Positions 1 to 8,743 of a DNA stretch of 59,977 nt are shown here, one piece after another. The position numbers were made by a program, and so were the translations under genes. How positions within the stretch are numbered: the first letter of the stretch is position 1; the number at the start of each line of letters is the position of its first letter. A model generated the notes under the pieces. The model saw only the letters and a list, made by a program, of their open reading frames with translations. It made no database searches and was not told the origin of the DNA. This stretch comes from a virus (lineage: Duplodnaviria > Caudoviricetes): positions 1 to 59,977 of IMG/VR virus record IMGVR_UViG_3300025853_000004; one strand, written 5' to 3'.

Positions 1-41
1 CACCGCTGGATCCGCGGAAAGGTTGCGTCCGCTCTTCGTAG
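1..41. repeat. 41-bp terminal direct repeat (circular assembly overlap), copy 1
   Basis: caccgctggatccgcggaaaggttgcgtccgctcttcgtag is identical to 59937-59977; the portal frame is continuous across the join. Confidence 0.97.
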
Positions 42-394
42 TTAAAGCCCAGTAGTTCCAAACCGCTGGCATAAGCGTCTTCCCACTCCTGCCTTGACGC
101 CTTATTGGAATCAAACTCTTCCAGAAGTTCCGAAGCAATCCGAGCCAGTTCACGATCCGGTAGCTCTTCAGCAAGGTTCGAGTAAAACCCGTCATCGCCC
201 AGCATCTCATCTTGTGGCTCAAAATCGACTTCAACCCCGCCATCGTCTGTTGGCGAGATTTCGATCTCTCCGATATCCTCGCCCTGAATCATGGCAAGCA
301 CATTGTTCTGTGAATCGGGAAGCTCGATCTCAATCTCAGCTTGTAAGTCCTCAACATCAAGTTGAGAAGGGACGTTGTTCTTTTCAATAGCCAT
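1..394 (-). CDS. Portal protein, N-terminal part (joins 57913-59936 across the circular junction; ~805 aa total)
   Basis: Not in the ORF track. ATG at 394 reads MAIEKNNVPSQLD...SRQEWEDAYASGLELLGFNYEERTQPFRGSSG and continues in frame into VTHPLLAEAATQFQAQA at the other end. Confidence 0.9.
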   Translation of the reverse strand, partial: MAIEKNNVPSQLDVEDLQAEIEIELPDSQNNVLAMIQGEDIGEIEISPTDDGGVEVDFEPQDEMLGDDGFYSNLAEELPDRELARIASELLEEFDSNKASRQEWEDAYASGLELLGFNYEERTQPFRGSSG

Positions 395-2654
395 TCGTTG
401 CTCCGGTCATATAAGGAACGTATTGCATAATACCATTGGACCGCGGTCCGCGAGTCATGTTCACTGCTTTATCCTTCAAAGATACCACGCCGCCGTCCGC
501 AAACCGCTCATAAGGCGTCGTTTTTTCAATGCTCAAGTTGTCTGGATCAAAAACGACCATCATTTCTTTACCGCGTTGTTCAAATCGGTTGCCAATAATC
601 CCCAAATCAATTAACGCTTTTGTTGCTTCCTCTTCGCCGCCGAGCTTTTGCTTTAACTTTCCATAGAACTGACTGCCCGTAGCTTTATCGTCAAGCTCTA
701 CAAGACGACGAAGGTCCTGAATTTTTGATGCTACAAAATCAGGCTGTTTGAATAAAGGCTTTGAAAAATCTAAAAAATGTTCTTTTTCGGCGTTAACCAT
801 AACGTCGTACACGAACCCCGCGCCTTTCCCAAGAGGCTCAATAACTGGTCGCCCGTCTTGGGTAGGGTTTAAATTGCGGACTAACGTAGAGCCGTCTTCA
901 AAAAAGTACATGATTTTTCCGTTGTCCATATCGACAACTTTAGACTCTGCCCGACGATTTGCATCTTCTAGGACATCGCTTAACGCACGATCTGTGTCTT
1001 CTCTTAATTTTGGATCGTCAATAACGTCTGGATCGTATTTTTTAGGGTTAGCTCGCATATCCTCAATGTCCACCCCAAATGGAAAAGCTACGTCATAAGC
1101 AACATCTTCTTCTCCCGCAAAGTCCCTTTCTGCAAAACGACGAGCATAACCAACGGCAACTTCTTCGTCTCCGAGATAGGTTCCGGGGCCCGCAGTGCGT
1201 TCCCTAAGCAAAGTATAGTCACTTGTACTCTTAGGGTTTCTGGCAAAGAAATTAAACAAACGCCCTGATCCGTGTTTCATGGAAAAAGCGCCGAGCATGC
1301 CGGGTAACATTGCTGGGCCGAATGCGGTAGAAGCAATGCCCGCGCTGGTAGGAACAATGTCCGTAGCCGCACCAGCTAGTTGCTCGTCTGAAACAGGTAG
1401 TCCAGATAACTTGCGGTCAAAAGTCGATAAAGCACGGCTGGCCATGCCCATGATTCCGCCAGCAGGATCAAACTCGTAAGGCTCTTCGCTTGCCCCATAC
1501 AACGGGTGCTGTACAGATTCGGCACGGCTCATTGGGGTAAAAATGGTGTCGTATACGCGGCCCGGTTGTTGCGTAACGTCTTGCTCAAATTGGGAGGGTT
1601 CCACGCCATACTCACCTTCGGGGCGCTCAAAATACCCTATGCCTCCTCCGTTTTCGTATGCCCGTACTGCGGAGTCCCCTTCGCCAATCATGCGGGGACC
1701 CGTGATATCAATAGAACGGGAAAATGCGCGCTCAAAAGTAAACGCGGGGGCCGCCTTTAGCAAAGTGTTAAAATCTTCTTCTGACATTTCCGCCGCTTTT
1801 TCTGGCGTAATAATCATGTTGTCGAATTCAGGCTGTGGTTCTTCACCGGTTAATGATCCGAGGACCGAGGAGATCAGGCCGGGAGCCTGCTTGTACGCGT
1901 CAAAAGATTCTTGGAGTTCTGCTCTATCGACATCCGATAAGTCTTGAAACTGATCGTCGGTCATGGACATCGCGCCTTTCAGTGCCAAAACCCTTGCATT
2001 TCCAAGGCCGAAAGGTCTTGTGACGTCGTATCCAGCTTCTTCCAGAAGTTTTTGTGCTTCTGCGGAGTTACCGTAACGTTTCATACGGAAATAATCCAAA
2101 GCGCGCAACGCCGCCTCTTCCTCTTTCTTTGGTAGCTTAACAAGAGGGTGCATCCCTTCATGAATCGGTACCTGAGAAAACGCCGCTTGATTACCGGCAA
2201 CGTTAATGTCGCGAGAAATACCAAGACGTTCTGCCACTTCTGGAATCAAAGAGTTTCCTAAAACGCCTTTGCTACCTTGGGTATACAGATAGTTTGAATC
2301 CTCATAACCAAAGGGAACCTTGCCCGTATATACAGCTTCGTCAATTGCCCGTCGTTCCAAGATGTTGCTGGGGTCTTGTTCAAACTGCAAAAAGTTGTAG
2401 TAATCGATCATATCGTCAGTATTTTTATCGATCACGCTTCGTGCGGCTTCGGCGGCAAAAGGAGGAGCCGAGGGACCCAGTTGATAGTTTATCGCATCGG
2501 CGGTTTCTGCTAGACGGGCTTCGACGGCGGCGGGAAAGTCCGCTTCGGTACGCACCCGTTGCTGACCCAGCATTTGCTGTCTTAAATACTGCTGTAAGTT
2601 ATCTTCGGCGTTTTGAACTGGATCGGCCATAAATGCGCTTTCCCGAGATGTCAA
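384..2654 (-). CDS. Polyvalent-like protein (HExxH segment plus ADP-ribosyltransferase-like C-terminal domain), probably virion-associated
   Basis: 756 aa between terL and portal, overlapping both; IHEGMH; HGS..F..F...GPGTYL...A.GYA...VYDV...FLD...MVVFDP pattern; FADGGVV near the C-terminus. Confidence 0.6.
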   Translation of the reverse strand: MTSRESAFMADPVQNAEDNLQQYLRQQMLGQQRVRTEADFPAAVEARLAETADAINYQLGPSAPPFAAEAARSVIDKNTDDMIDYYNFLQFEQDPSNILERRAIDEAVYTGKVPFGYEDSNYLYTQGSKGVLGNSLIPEVAERLGISRDINVAGNQAAFSQVPIHEGMHPLVKLPKKEEEAALRALDYFRMKRYGNSAEAQKLLEEAGYDVTRPFGLGNARVLALKGAMSMTDDQFQDLSDVDRAELQESFDAYKQAPGLISSVLGSLTGEEPQPEFDNMIITPEKAAEMSEEDFNTLLKAAPAFTFERAFSRSIDITGPRMIGEGDSAVRAYENGGGIGYFERPEGEYGVEPSQFEQDVTQQPGRVYDTIFTPMSRAESVQHPLYGASEEPYEFDPAGGIMGMASRALSTFDRKLSGLPVSDEQLAGAATDIVPTSAGIASTAFGPAMLPGMLGAFSMKHGSGRLFNFFARNPKSTSDYTLLRERTAGPGTYLGDEEVAVGYARRFAERDFAGEEDVAYDVAFPFGVDIEDMRANPKKYDPDVIDDPKLREDTDRALSDVLEDANRRAESKVVDMDNGKIMYFFEDGSTLVRNLNPTQDGRPVIEPLGKGAGFVYDVMVNAEKEHFLDFSKPLFKQPDFVASKIQDLRRLVELDDKATGSQFYGKLKQKLGGEEEATKALIDLGIIGNRFEQRGKEMMVVFDPDNLSIEKTTPYERFADGGVVSLKDKAVNMTRGPRSNGIMQYVPYMTGATNGY

Positions 2655-4123
2655 TAGTATGCCGCAACTTTAACAGATTGATCGCTATCTTCCCAATCAT
2701 CTGTAGGCAACTGAATGAAATTCCCCTGCCGGTAGCGCATCAACGCCTGCGTCATGGAATCCACAAGGTCGTCATGCTCGCCGTTTGGAAAGGCCGCAAC
2801 CTCCTCAACAAGCTCTTCCGCCCAGACTTCGTCGGGGGCCCATACCATGCCGGCTTCAAACAAGGGTGAAACAGCATGTACGCGCGAGATCTTATCGTTG
2901 CCTTTAGAAGGGGTGAAGTTAACGACGGGGATCCCTGTCTGACGCATTTCGTGAGTCAACGGCATACCCGAAGCCTTGGCTTCCACGATGACGGTGTCGG
3001 GGTCCCAAAAATTATATTGTTCAAAAGCAATCGCCTTGAGTTCCGGAAAATCCCACCGCCCCTTCTTGGAGTCGAGCAAGATAATATTCGGCTGGGCTCC
3101 TTCGTTAGGATAGAACACACCCCACGTCGTAATCGCCGAATAGTCGGCCGTCTCGCGTTTTGAAAACGCCGTGTCATAACTCTGAATCACAAACTGCAAC
3201 TGAGGAACCGTATCCTTCTCCCAAACGTTCCACCACTCGCGTTTGATAATCGCGTTCTCTTCGCCCGTCGGATTCTGTTGATACTGAGCATTCCACTTGC
3301 TTGGCGGAATAGATGCCCGGACCCTTGATAAATCATCTAAAGACCAATACTCAGGCCAGCAGGGTTCCTCATTCTCCTCGCCAGAATTAAAAATTGCAGG
3401 TAATTCAACAACTTCCCACTGGTCAGCAAGGGGATCCTTAGCCATCGCTTTCAATAACTGACCCGTCATATCCTTCTCTGACCACCGGGTTTGTACCAAA
3501 ACAATACTTCCGCCCGGTTGCAAACGCTGACGGGGACCCCCTGTATACCAGTCCCAAGCATCATCAAAACCAGAATTCGACATCGCCGTCTGTTCCGAAT
3601 GCGGGTCATCAATAATAATCAGATCACCACCACGTCCCGCTAAGTTGGAACCAACACCCACGGCGTAGTACATCCCGCCCTTATTCGTGTCCCAACGTCC
3701 TGACGCTTTGGAGTCAGCCGCTAACTGCACTTCAGGGAAAATCTCTTGATAATCATCGGACTCGATTAGGTTTTTGGTCTTACGGCCAAAATTGACTGCT
3801 AATTCTGTCGTGTGTGTCGCTTGAATGATCTTCTTGGACGGAGCACGGCCCATGAACCACGCAGGAAACAAATACGAAGCAAACTCTGATTTGGTATGAC
3901 GGGGTGCCATGTTGATGATCAGACGCTTTAACTCGCCGTTAGCTACGCGTTCTAACTTTTCAGCAATGATTTTATGGTGCCGCCCTGCAATAAACTCGGG
4001 CCAAACGGTTTTAACAAACGCCAAAAAATTATTTTGGCACGTCTCTAACTTCTCTATCTGAGCAAGTCGCAAACGAAGTTTTAATTCTTTATCGGATAGC
4101 AGTTCTAAGTGCTCTGATTCCAT
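2651..4123 (-). CDS. terL: Terminase large subunit
   Basis: IINMAPRHTKS (Walker A variant), LIIIDDP (Walker B), QSYDTA and HDDLVDS nuclease motifs; start moved to MESEHLELL at 4123. Confidence 0.95.
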   Translation of the reverse strand: MESEHLELLSDKELKLRLRLAQIEKLETCQNNFLAFVKTVWPEFIAGRHHKIIAEKLERVANGELKRLIINMAPRHTKSEFASYLFPAWFMGRAPSKKIIQATHTTELAVNFGRKTKNLIESDDYQEIFPEVQLAADSKASGRWDTNKGGMYYAVGVGSNLAGRGGDLIIIDDPHSEQTAMSNSGFDDAWDWYTGGPRQRLQPGGSIVLVQTRWSEKDMTGQLLKAMAKDPLADQWEVVELPAIFNSGEENEEPCWPEYWSLDDLSRVRASIPPSKWNAQYQQNPTGEENAIIKREWWNVWEKDTVPQLQFVIQSYDTAFSKRETADYSAITTWGVFYPNEGAQPNIILLDSKKGRWDFPELKAIAFEQYNFWDPDTVIVEAKASGMPLTHEMRQTGIPVVNFTPSKGNDKISRVHAVSPLFEAGMVWAPDEVWAEELVEEVAAFPNGEHDDLVDSMTQALMRYRQGNFIQLPTDDWEDSDQSVKVAAYY

Positions 4124-4339
4124 GCCGGGGGACCCTAAATGTATGCGAATGTATGGGTAAATATAAGGTAGTAAGCGATCATATGGAATATCTGATGAAT
4201 ATTTGTGAAAAACATGGCCCTTGCCTCCGCCCCGGCGACCGCCGGCCGCGCGCCGCGAATCGCGGATTCTGGCTCGATCGATCGCGGATAGCCTCGATTG
4301 GGCGGGGAACCTTGCCGAAACCCGCGAACCGCTAGACGT

Positions 4340-4459
4340 TGTGGATAAGTCGCGGATCGCGGTGTGGATAACTTGAAATTTTATCCACAAGCTAAGTTAT
4401 TGATTTTATGCGAGAATCGCAACCCCTGGCGCTGCTTGCAGCTGCACGTTTTATCCACA
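4340..4459. promoter_or_regulatory. Four perfect DnaA boxes with an IHF consensus site
   Basis: TGTGGATAA at 4340 and 4363; TTATCCACA at 4381 and 4451; 4393-4405 reverse complement AATCAATAACTTA matches WATCAANNNNTTR. Confidence 0.8.
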
Positions 4460-4703
4460 AAAAATCGCGATTCACGGCACGATAAAAACGCGTCGCCAGT
4501 CTTACCGATCCGCACTGGATTAAGTCACCGATCCGCCGGCCTCGATCCGCTCGACTGGATAGCGCGCCACGCTCCGCCGATCCGATCCCCTGCCACGCCG
4601 AAAACGAACCGATAACCAGTGGCCAGTTATCCGTGGCTCACGGCTCGCGGTACGTTTGGCAGGGAGCGCGGCCGACGGCGCGGGGCTTGATTTACTACCG
4701 GCG

Positions 4704-4730
4704 AAAAAAAGCCCGCACGATGGCGGGCTT
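4704..4730 (-). terminator. Rho-independent terminator ending the small-gene cluster
   Basis: aagcccgc-catcgt-gcgggc followed by T7 on the minus strand. Confidence 0.85.
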
Positions 4731-4746
4731 GATTGGTTGAGACGGG

Positions 4747-5094
4747 TTAACCGGTCACGGGATCACAAAGCCGTTGAGTGACAATGTCAAAATACACCCG
4801 CTCAAATTCGCCGATCTCGATGACGTCGCGCCCGATAATCAACACTGGCTCCCAGTTGCGTTGAGCGAACCGGTAGTCGAACCCGTAGAAGTTGAGAACG
4901 CCGTTAAGCCGCTCCCGAGTGGTCACAGTGTTCCAACCTGCCAGAGTCAACGCGAGGGTATCAGTGTCGCCGGCTTTCCACGCGATAGCGTTACCGTGTA
5001 ACCAAATAGTCTCACCATCGGTTGCGGTGTTGCCAAGTATGCGGGGTTGAAACCGCGCCCAAGATTGGACGATTTCTCGTGTAACTTTTCTCAT
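4747..5094 (-). CDS. Hypothetical protein (small-gene cassette)
   Basis: 115 aa; AGGGAATAG leader, own promoter and terminator; LHGNAIA...GW.T.TT.ERLN pattern typical of small phage proteins. Confidence 0.8.
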   Translation of the reverse strand: MRKVTREIVQSWARFQPRILGNTATDGETIWLHGNAIAWKAGDTDTLALTLAGWNTVTTRERLNGVLNFYGFDYRFAQRNWEPVLIIGRDVIEIGEFERVYFDIVTQRLCDPVTG

Positions 5095-5137
5095 TTTCTA
5101 TTCCCTTTAAGTTGCCGGCCGTTATTGGCCAGTCGCC

Positions 5138-5167
5138 AGTATAAACAACGGTATGCGAGAAACGCAA
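5138..5167 (-). promoter_or_regulatory. Sigma70-like promoter
   Basis: TTGCGT-N18-TATACT immediately after a terminator U-tract. Confidence 0.6.
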
Positions 5168-5200
5168 TAAAAAGGCCGGCGGGATCGCTCCGGCCGGCCT
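5165..5200 (-). terminator. Terminator; 36-bp repeat copy 1
   Basis: aggccggccggagcgatcccgccggcc-TTTTT; 35/36 identical to 6435-6470. Confidence 0.85.
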
Positions 5201-5217
5201 CGCATATTGCGGACTGG

Positions 5218-5709
5218 TTAACTAACGTCTATCGATAAAACGATGTCGCCGTCGTTGATCATTTCGCGCACCACATCGCGCACCGCCGCATCGAATGAAC
5301 TGTCGCCGATGGCGTCCCCGATCCGCTCGTCTACATCGTCGCCGTCAATAAACGATGAACGATCAAAAGCATGCTCGATTTCTTTCTCGACTCGATCATC
5401 GACAATCGACTCGACGGCGTTTTGAAAATCGTTGCCGTTCAATACGTCATTCATCGCTTCATCAACCATCGACGTGAAGGCCGCCAGTATCTCAGGCTCA
5501 AGCAATGCGAACATGCCCGCCGTAATGTTCTGGTTTTTTTCAAGATACGAATTAGCACGGGTACGCTCCCGCTCGATCTCAATCTCAGCGACGTGAACTT
5601 TATTGCGGAGTTTCTCAATCTCAGCGCGTAAATCGTCCGGCGTAAACTCGGCGCGCTGTACTGGATCAAGTGAACCCAACTTATTCAATTCAGTTTTTAA
5701 ATCAGTCAT
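5218..5709 (-). CDS. Hypothetical protein, coiled-coil N-terminus and very acidic C-terminus
   Basis: 163 aa; leader CATAGGGAATAG; flanked by promoter and terminator. Confidence 0.8.
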   Translation of the reverse strand: MTDLKTELNKLGSLDPVQRAEFTPDDLRAEIEKLRNKVHVAEIEIERERTRANSYLEKNQNITAGMFALLEPEILAAFTSMVDEAMNDVLNGNDFQNAVESIVDDRVEKEIEHAFDRSSFIDGDDVDERIGDAIGDSSFDAAVRDVVREMINDGDIVLSIDVS

Positions 5710-5750
5710 TTTTCTATTCCCTATGTTGCGGCCGGTAGTGGCCAGTCCTG

Positions 5751-5780
5751 ATTATGCGATAAACGCAACCGATAGTGCAA
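5751..5780 (-). promoter_or_regulatory. Sigma70-like promoter
   Basis: TTGCAC-N18-CATAAT. Confidence 0.6.
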
Positions 5781-5782
5781 AT

Positions 5783-5808
5783 AAAAAAGGCCGGAGTAAT
5801 TCCGGCCT
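5783..5808 (-). terminator. Rho-independent terminator
   Basis: aggccggaattactccggcc followed by T6. Confidence 0.8.
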
Positions 5809-5813
5809 ATTGG

Positions 5814-5990
5814 TTAGCTATGGGTATAGCCGTCGGGTTCGATCCCGAGCCACATACCACACCATCGGATCATATAACTGGTGTCGAAAGTGGCGCGCAT
5901 TGCACGTCGCCGAAACTCCAGAAACGATTGCGCTCCATCGGGATCGCGACAGAATACGCGGTGCAGTGATTCCAATTGCTGTCTGTTCAT
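5814..5990 (-). CDS. Hypothetical protein
   Basis: MNRQQLES...WCGMWLGIEPDGYTHS; GGAG RBS; tightly packed with neighbours. Confidence 0.7.
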   Translation of the reverse strand: MNRQQLESLHRVFCRDPDGAQSFLEFRRRAMRATFDTSYMIRWCGMWLGIEPDGYTHS

Positions 5991-5991
5991 C

Positions 5992-6177
5992 TCACGCTCC
6001 TCTCGGATCATCGTCCGCTCGAATATATTCTTCTTTCAACCAGAAAGAATGGTGCGGGAATTCCTGCCGCATTTCCTGAACTGTTTCGAGCGCATCCTCT
6101 CGGTCACATAAACAAAACCGATCATCCTCAACGCCGTCGCAGTACAGCACCAGAACATGCCCTGTTAACCCCATCAC
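5992..6177 (-). CDS. Hypothetical protein
   Basis: Fills the gap between neighbours; 4-bp overlap with the upstream gene. Confidence 0.55.
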   Translation of the reverse strand: MMGLTGHVLVLYCDGVEDDRFCLCDREDALETVQEMRQEFPHHSFWLKEEYIRADDDPRGA

Positions 6178-6374
6178 ATTTCCCCCCAACCGGCCGAGCG
6201 CAACCAAGTGTTGTCGGCCTCGCTGTCGTCCATAATCCGGCGAACTCGATCCGAGTTCTCACAAGCTTCGCACCATACTGGACTGCCATCGATCCCCGTC
6301 GAGCCGCAACGGTATTCCACTTCGCGGTAGTCATAACCGCGCGGTACATACTTAACGACAATATTTTTGCACAT
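6174..6374 (-). CDS. Small Cys-containing (Zn-finger-like) protein
   Basis: MCKNIVV...YRCGSTG...WCEAC; preceded by the AACTACGGGAG leader. Confidence 0.7.
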   Translation of the reverse strand: MCKNIVVKYVPRGYDYREVEYRCGSTGIDGSPVWCEACENSDRVRRIMDDSEADNTWLRSAGWGEM

Positions 6375-6408
6375 CTCATTTTCTCCCGTAGTTATGAAAT
6401 GAATTGAC

Positions 6409-6437
6409 AATATCGCATAGCTATTTCTAGCGGTCAA
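6409..6437 (-). promoter_or_regulatory. Sigma70 promoter
   Basis: TTGACC-N17-GATATT. Confidence 0.7.
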
Positions 6438-6470
6438 TAAAAAGGCCGGCGGGATCACTCCGGCCGGCCT
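6435..6470 (-). terminator. Terminator; 36-bp repeat copy 2
   Basis: Near-identical to 5165-5200; follows the DUF932 gene. Confidence 0.85.
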
Positions 6471-6486
6471 GTATTAGTCGCGGTAA

Positions 6487-7680
6487 TTAAGCGGCGACTT
6501 TGTCCAATAGTTTACCGGCGCGACGCTCAATTTCGATCCGGTTATCTTGGTGCGGAATATCACGAGCAATAGCAGTGATCGCTTGAGCCGCATCCCACAC
6601 TGATTCCATAGGACGTCCCTCCTCTTTAACGTGGCGTTGCATCGCGGCCTTGGCCATGCGCTGAGACAGCCCCGCACGCTTGGTTAAGAAGTCGAGCCTA
6701 TCGTCGTCAGTTTTGGCCACGTTAGCTGACTTAGCTTTCTGCACGCCTTCCACAAAAGTAGACGTCGCACCAGTCGCAAACGATTGCAGGGCAGGGCGCG
6801 CCTCAATGGCGAAACGATCCGGAGCGAACTTAGTGTGGCGAATCTTGATCTCATGGAAATTCTCAACGCCCCATAAGTTGCGATTCATACATACGCCACG
6901 CAGGTACATGGCCGCCACGCCGGCGGTCTTACTGCCGGTCTCTGAATTCCACGCATAAAACCCGCGGAACATAAGGTCAGGTTCGCCGTTAGCTAGCTTG
7001 CCGACTTCAATCGGATTCCGATCATCAACCAAGAAAACAAAGATATCCCGATCACTGGCGAACAGCGTCGTGGTGTCTTTGGTGACTGGCACTTCCGGAT
7101 CATAGACGGCCATGCCGTTAGCCCCAGAACCAACCATCATCCCGGGTACTTTCCAACGCCCGCCGCTCGCATCAACCAAGTCTTTGATGGGCTTCAGGAT
7201 CTCATGATCGTAAATGCGGCCGTAGTCCGCACCAGTCGCCGCACGCAATTCGCCGTGATCGCCCTGACTGTACACCTTAACCAAGTCCCGAGACCGGTTA
7301 TGTTGCAAGCCCCACTGCAAGCAGTCCGCAACCATCGGGGCGGGCAGGTCTTTGAGATAACCGGCCGGCGCTCCCGCCAGTTGAGCTAACTGACCGAATG
7401 ACCAGTTGGTTGGCATGTTCTCACCCTCGATCCCGTTTTCATCACGATACTCAATGAACACGTCACCCCTCGATGGATTGTCAGCATCAACAGTGCCGAC
7501 GATATTCATCTTGTGAGTATCGACGATCCGAGACTTCATTTGACCGGCGTCGATCTTCTTGTGAGCCAACATGTCGTCGAGTGTAAGGAAGCGTTCATCT
7601 TCAGGGCGGTTGAACCAGTTAGATGAAACAGCAGAGTTGCCGATACCATGAGCAAAGGCGTTTGTTTGATAAGTTGCCAT
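6487..7680 (-). CDS. DUF932-family protein
   Basis: PTNWSFGQLA, LRAATG..YGRIYD, ASDRDIFVFL, RGFYAWNSETG, CMNRNLWG, IRHT, WDAAQAITAIAR; start set at MATYQT after the AACTACGGGAG leader. Confidence 0.8.
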   Translation of the reverse strand: MATYQTNAFAHGIGNSAVSSNWFNRPEDERFLTLDDMLAHKKIDAGQMKSRIVDTHKMNIVGTVDADNPSRGDVFIEYRDENGIEGENMPTNWSFGQLAQLAGAPAGYLKDLPAPMVADCLQWGLQHNRSRDLVKVYSQGDHGELRAATGADYGRIYDHEILKPIKDLVDASGGRWKVPGMMVGSGANGMAVYDPEVPVTKDTTTLFASDRDIFVFLVDDRNPIEVGKLANGEPDLMFRGFYAWNSETGSKTAGVAAMYLRGVCMNRNLWGVENFHEIKIRHTKFAPDRFAIEARPALQSFATGATSTFVEGVQKAKSANVAKTDDDRLDFLTKRAGLSQRMAKAAMQRHVKEEGRPMESVWDAAQAITAIARDIPHQDNRIEIERRAGKLLDKVAA

Positions 7681-7727
7681 AACAAAATCTCCCGTAGTTA
7701 TTGGCCGAGCAAAATTGCTCACTGGTA

Positions 7728-7756
7728 ATAGTCTGATAAAACGCAACGATATGCAA
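7728..7756 (-). promoter_or_regulatory. Sigma70-like promoter with AT-rich upstream tract
   Basis: TTGCAT-N17-GACTAT. Confidence 0.55.
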
Positions 7757-7773
7757 GTAATTTTTTAGAAAAT

Positions 7774-7804
7774 AAAAAGGCCGGTTAGGTTGCCCCAACC
7801 GGCC
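7774..7804 (-). terminator. Rho-independent terminator
   Basis: ggccggtt...aaccggcc stem followed by T5. Confidence 0.8.
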
Positions 7805-7809
7805 GTGGT

Positions 7810-8031
7810 TTAGTACGAACCTTCCCCGTTGTAGACACCAAGCTTTGCGAGTTCAAAGCCGTCTATGTCTGGCAACTCAACTCCGCGTTTAATTAGTTCA
7901 TCGGTATATGCTCGAAAGTAAGCATGGTTCCAATGGGATTTGTTATGCCCGATGCAACCGTAATCGGTAGCCAAGGCATTGCGGCGGAATTGTTCTAACT
8001 GTTCGTTAGAAAGGTTAGTCAAATCACGCAT
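7810..8031 (-). CDS. Hypothetical protein
   Basis: 73 aa; AACTACGGGAGG leader; own promoter and terminator. Confidence 0.8.
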   Translation of the reverse strand: MRDLTNLSNEQLEQFRRNALATDYGCIGHNKSHWNHAYFRAYTDELIKRGVELPDIDGFELAKLGVYNGEGSY

Positions 8032-8112
8032 GGTGATTCCTCCCGTAGTTGATTGTTAAGTAGCTTTCTCAGGGGCTTCCTGAGATGACTGAGATTTCCC
8101 AGTCATGTGGCC

Positions 8113-8141
8113 ATTATCGCATACCTGATTCGGGTTGTCAA
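8113..8141 (-). promoter_or_regulatory. Strong sigma70 promoter with UP-like element
   Basis: TTGACA-N17-GATAAT preceded by TTTTTAAAAAATTAAC. Confidence 0.8.
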
Positions 8142-8176
8142 GTTAATTTTTTAAAAAGTTATTTGGGGTTGGGTAC

Positions 8177-8199
8177 AAAAAAGCCCCGACTGGCGGGGC
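8177..8199 (-). terminator. Rho-independent terminator
   Basis: gccccg-ccagt-cggggc followed by T6. Confidence 0.8.
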
Positions 8200-8301
8200 G
8201 TAGTGGTTAACGGCGACGTCGCCGCTTCACGGGTTTCTTCTGTGCTTGCTCCCAAGCGTCTTCGCCGTAGATCAACTTCATCACCCATTCAATCAAAAAC
8301 A

Positions 8302-8553
8302 TTAAACATTCTCCCCTTTGGCGTAGTCCATGATAAAGCCGAGTTTCTCGCACAGTCCGATCACATCTGCCGGCAATTCATATACGCCGTCGTAGTCAAC
8401 CAGAACGACGCCGTCAAACCACAGACCGCCGCTCCCCCCTTCATCACCTAACTCAGCGTGTTCAAAACCAATCGGTGTTCCCTTTTCATCAAGGTATACC
8501 GTCCAGTCTTTCCGAGTTATGTAGCGATTCAAAAGCCCCTCATGAATTTGCAT
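8302..8553 (-). CDS. Hypothetical protein
   Basis: FEH..LGDEGGSGGLWF....LVDYDGVYELP pattern; in a coupled operon. Confidence 0.7.
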   Translation of the reverse strand: MQIHEGLLNRYITRKDWTVYLDEKGTPIGFEHAELGDEGGSGGLWFDGVVLVDYDGVYELPADVIGLCEKLGFIMDYAKGENV

Positions 8554-8743
8554 CAGATTCCTCCACTGCATAAGTGTCGCACCAACCGATGGCTTCAAAG
8601 ATTTCATGGTCAGTCAGCGATGCGATTCGTTCAACGACAGCCAACCGAACTTGAGCCGGAGTGATATCACGGCCGTCTTCCTGATAAGAAAGGATAGTGA
8701 AGGCGATGTCGTACATGTGGTTGTACGCTGTTTGATCTTTCAT
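8540..8743 (-). CDS. Hypothetical protein
   Basis: Overlapping start/stop with both neighbours. Confidence 0.65.
   Translation of the reverse strand: MKDQTAYNHMYDIAFTILSYQEDGRDITPAQVRLAVVERIASLTDHEIFEAIGWCDTYAVEESDANS

Noticed and set aside
1-41. Terminal repeat as a biological direct terminal repeat or att site
   Set aside because: It falls mid-portal gene and is best explained as an assembler overlap of a circular contig.
748-3163. Numerous short plus-strand ORFs opposite long minus-strand genes (here and genome-wide)
   Set aside because: Antisense shadows without RBS or recognisable motifs.
4124-4390. 89-aa N-terminal extension of TerL in the ORF track
   Set aside because: Low-complexity translation running through the DnaA-box region; ATG 4123 gives a typical TerL N-terminus.
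5165-6470. 36-bp repeats as a CRISPR array
   Set aside because: Only two copies 1.27 kb apart with genes between; they are terminators, and no cas genes are present.
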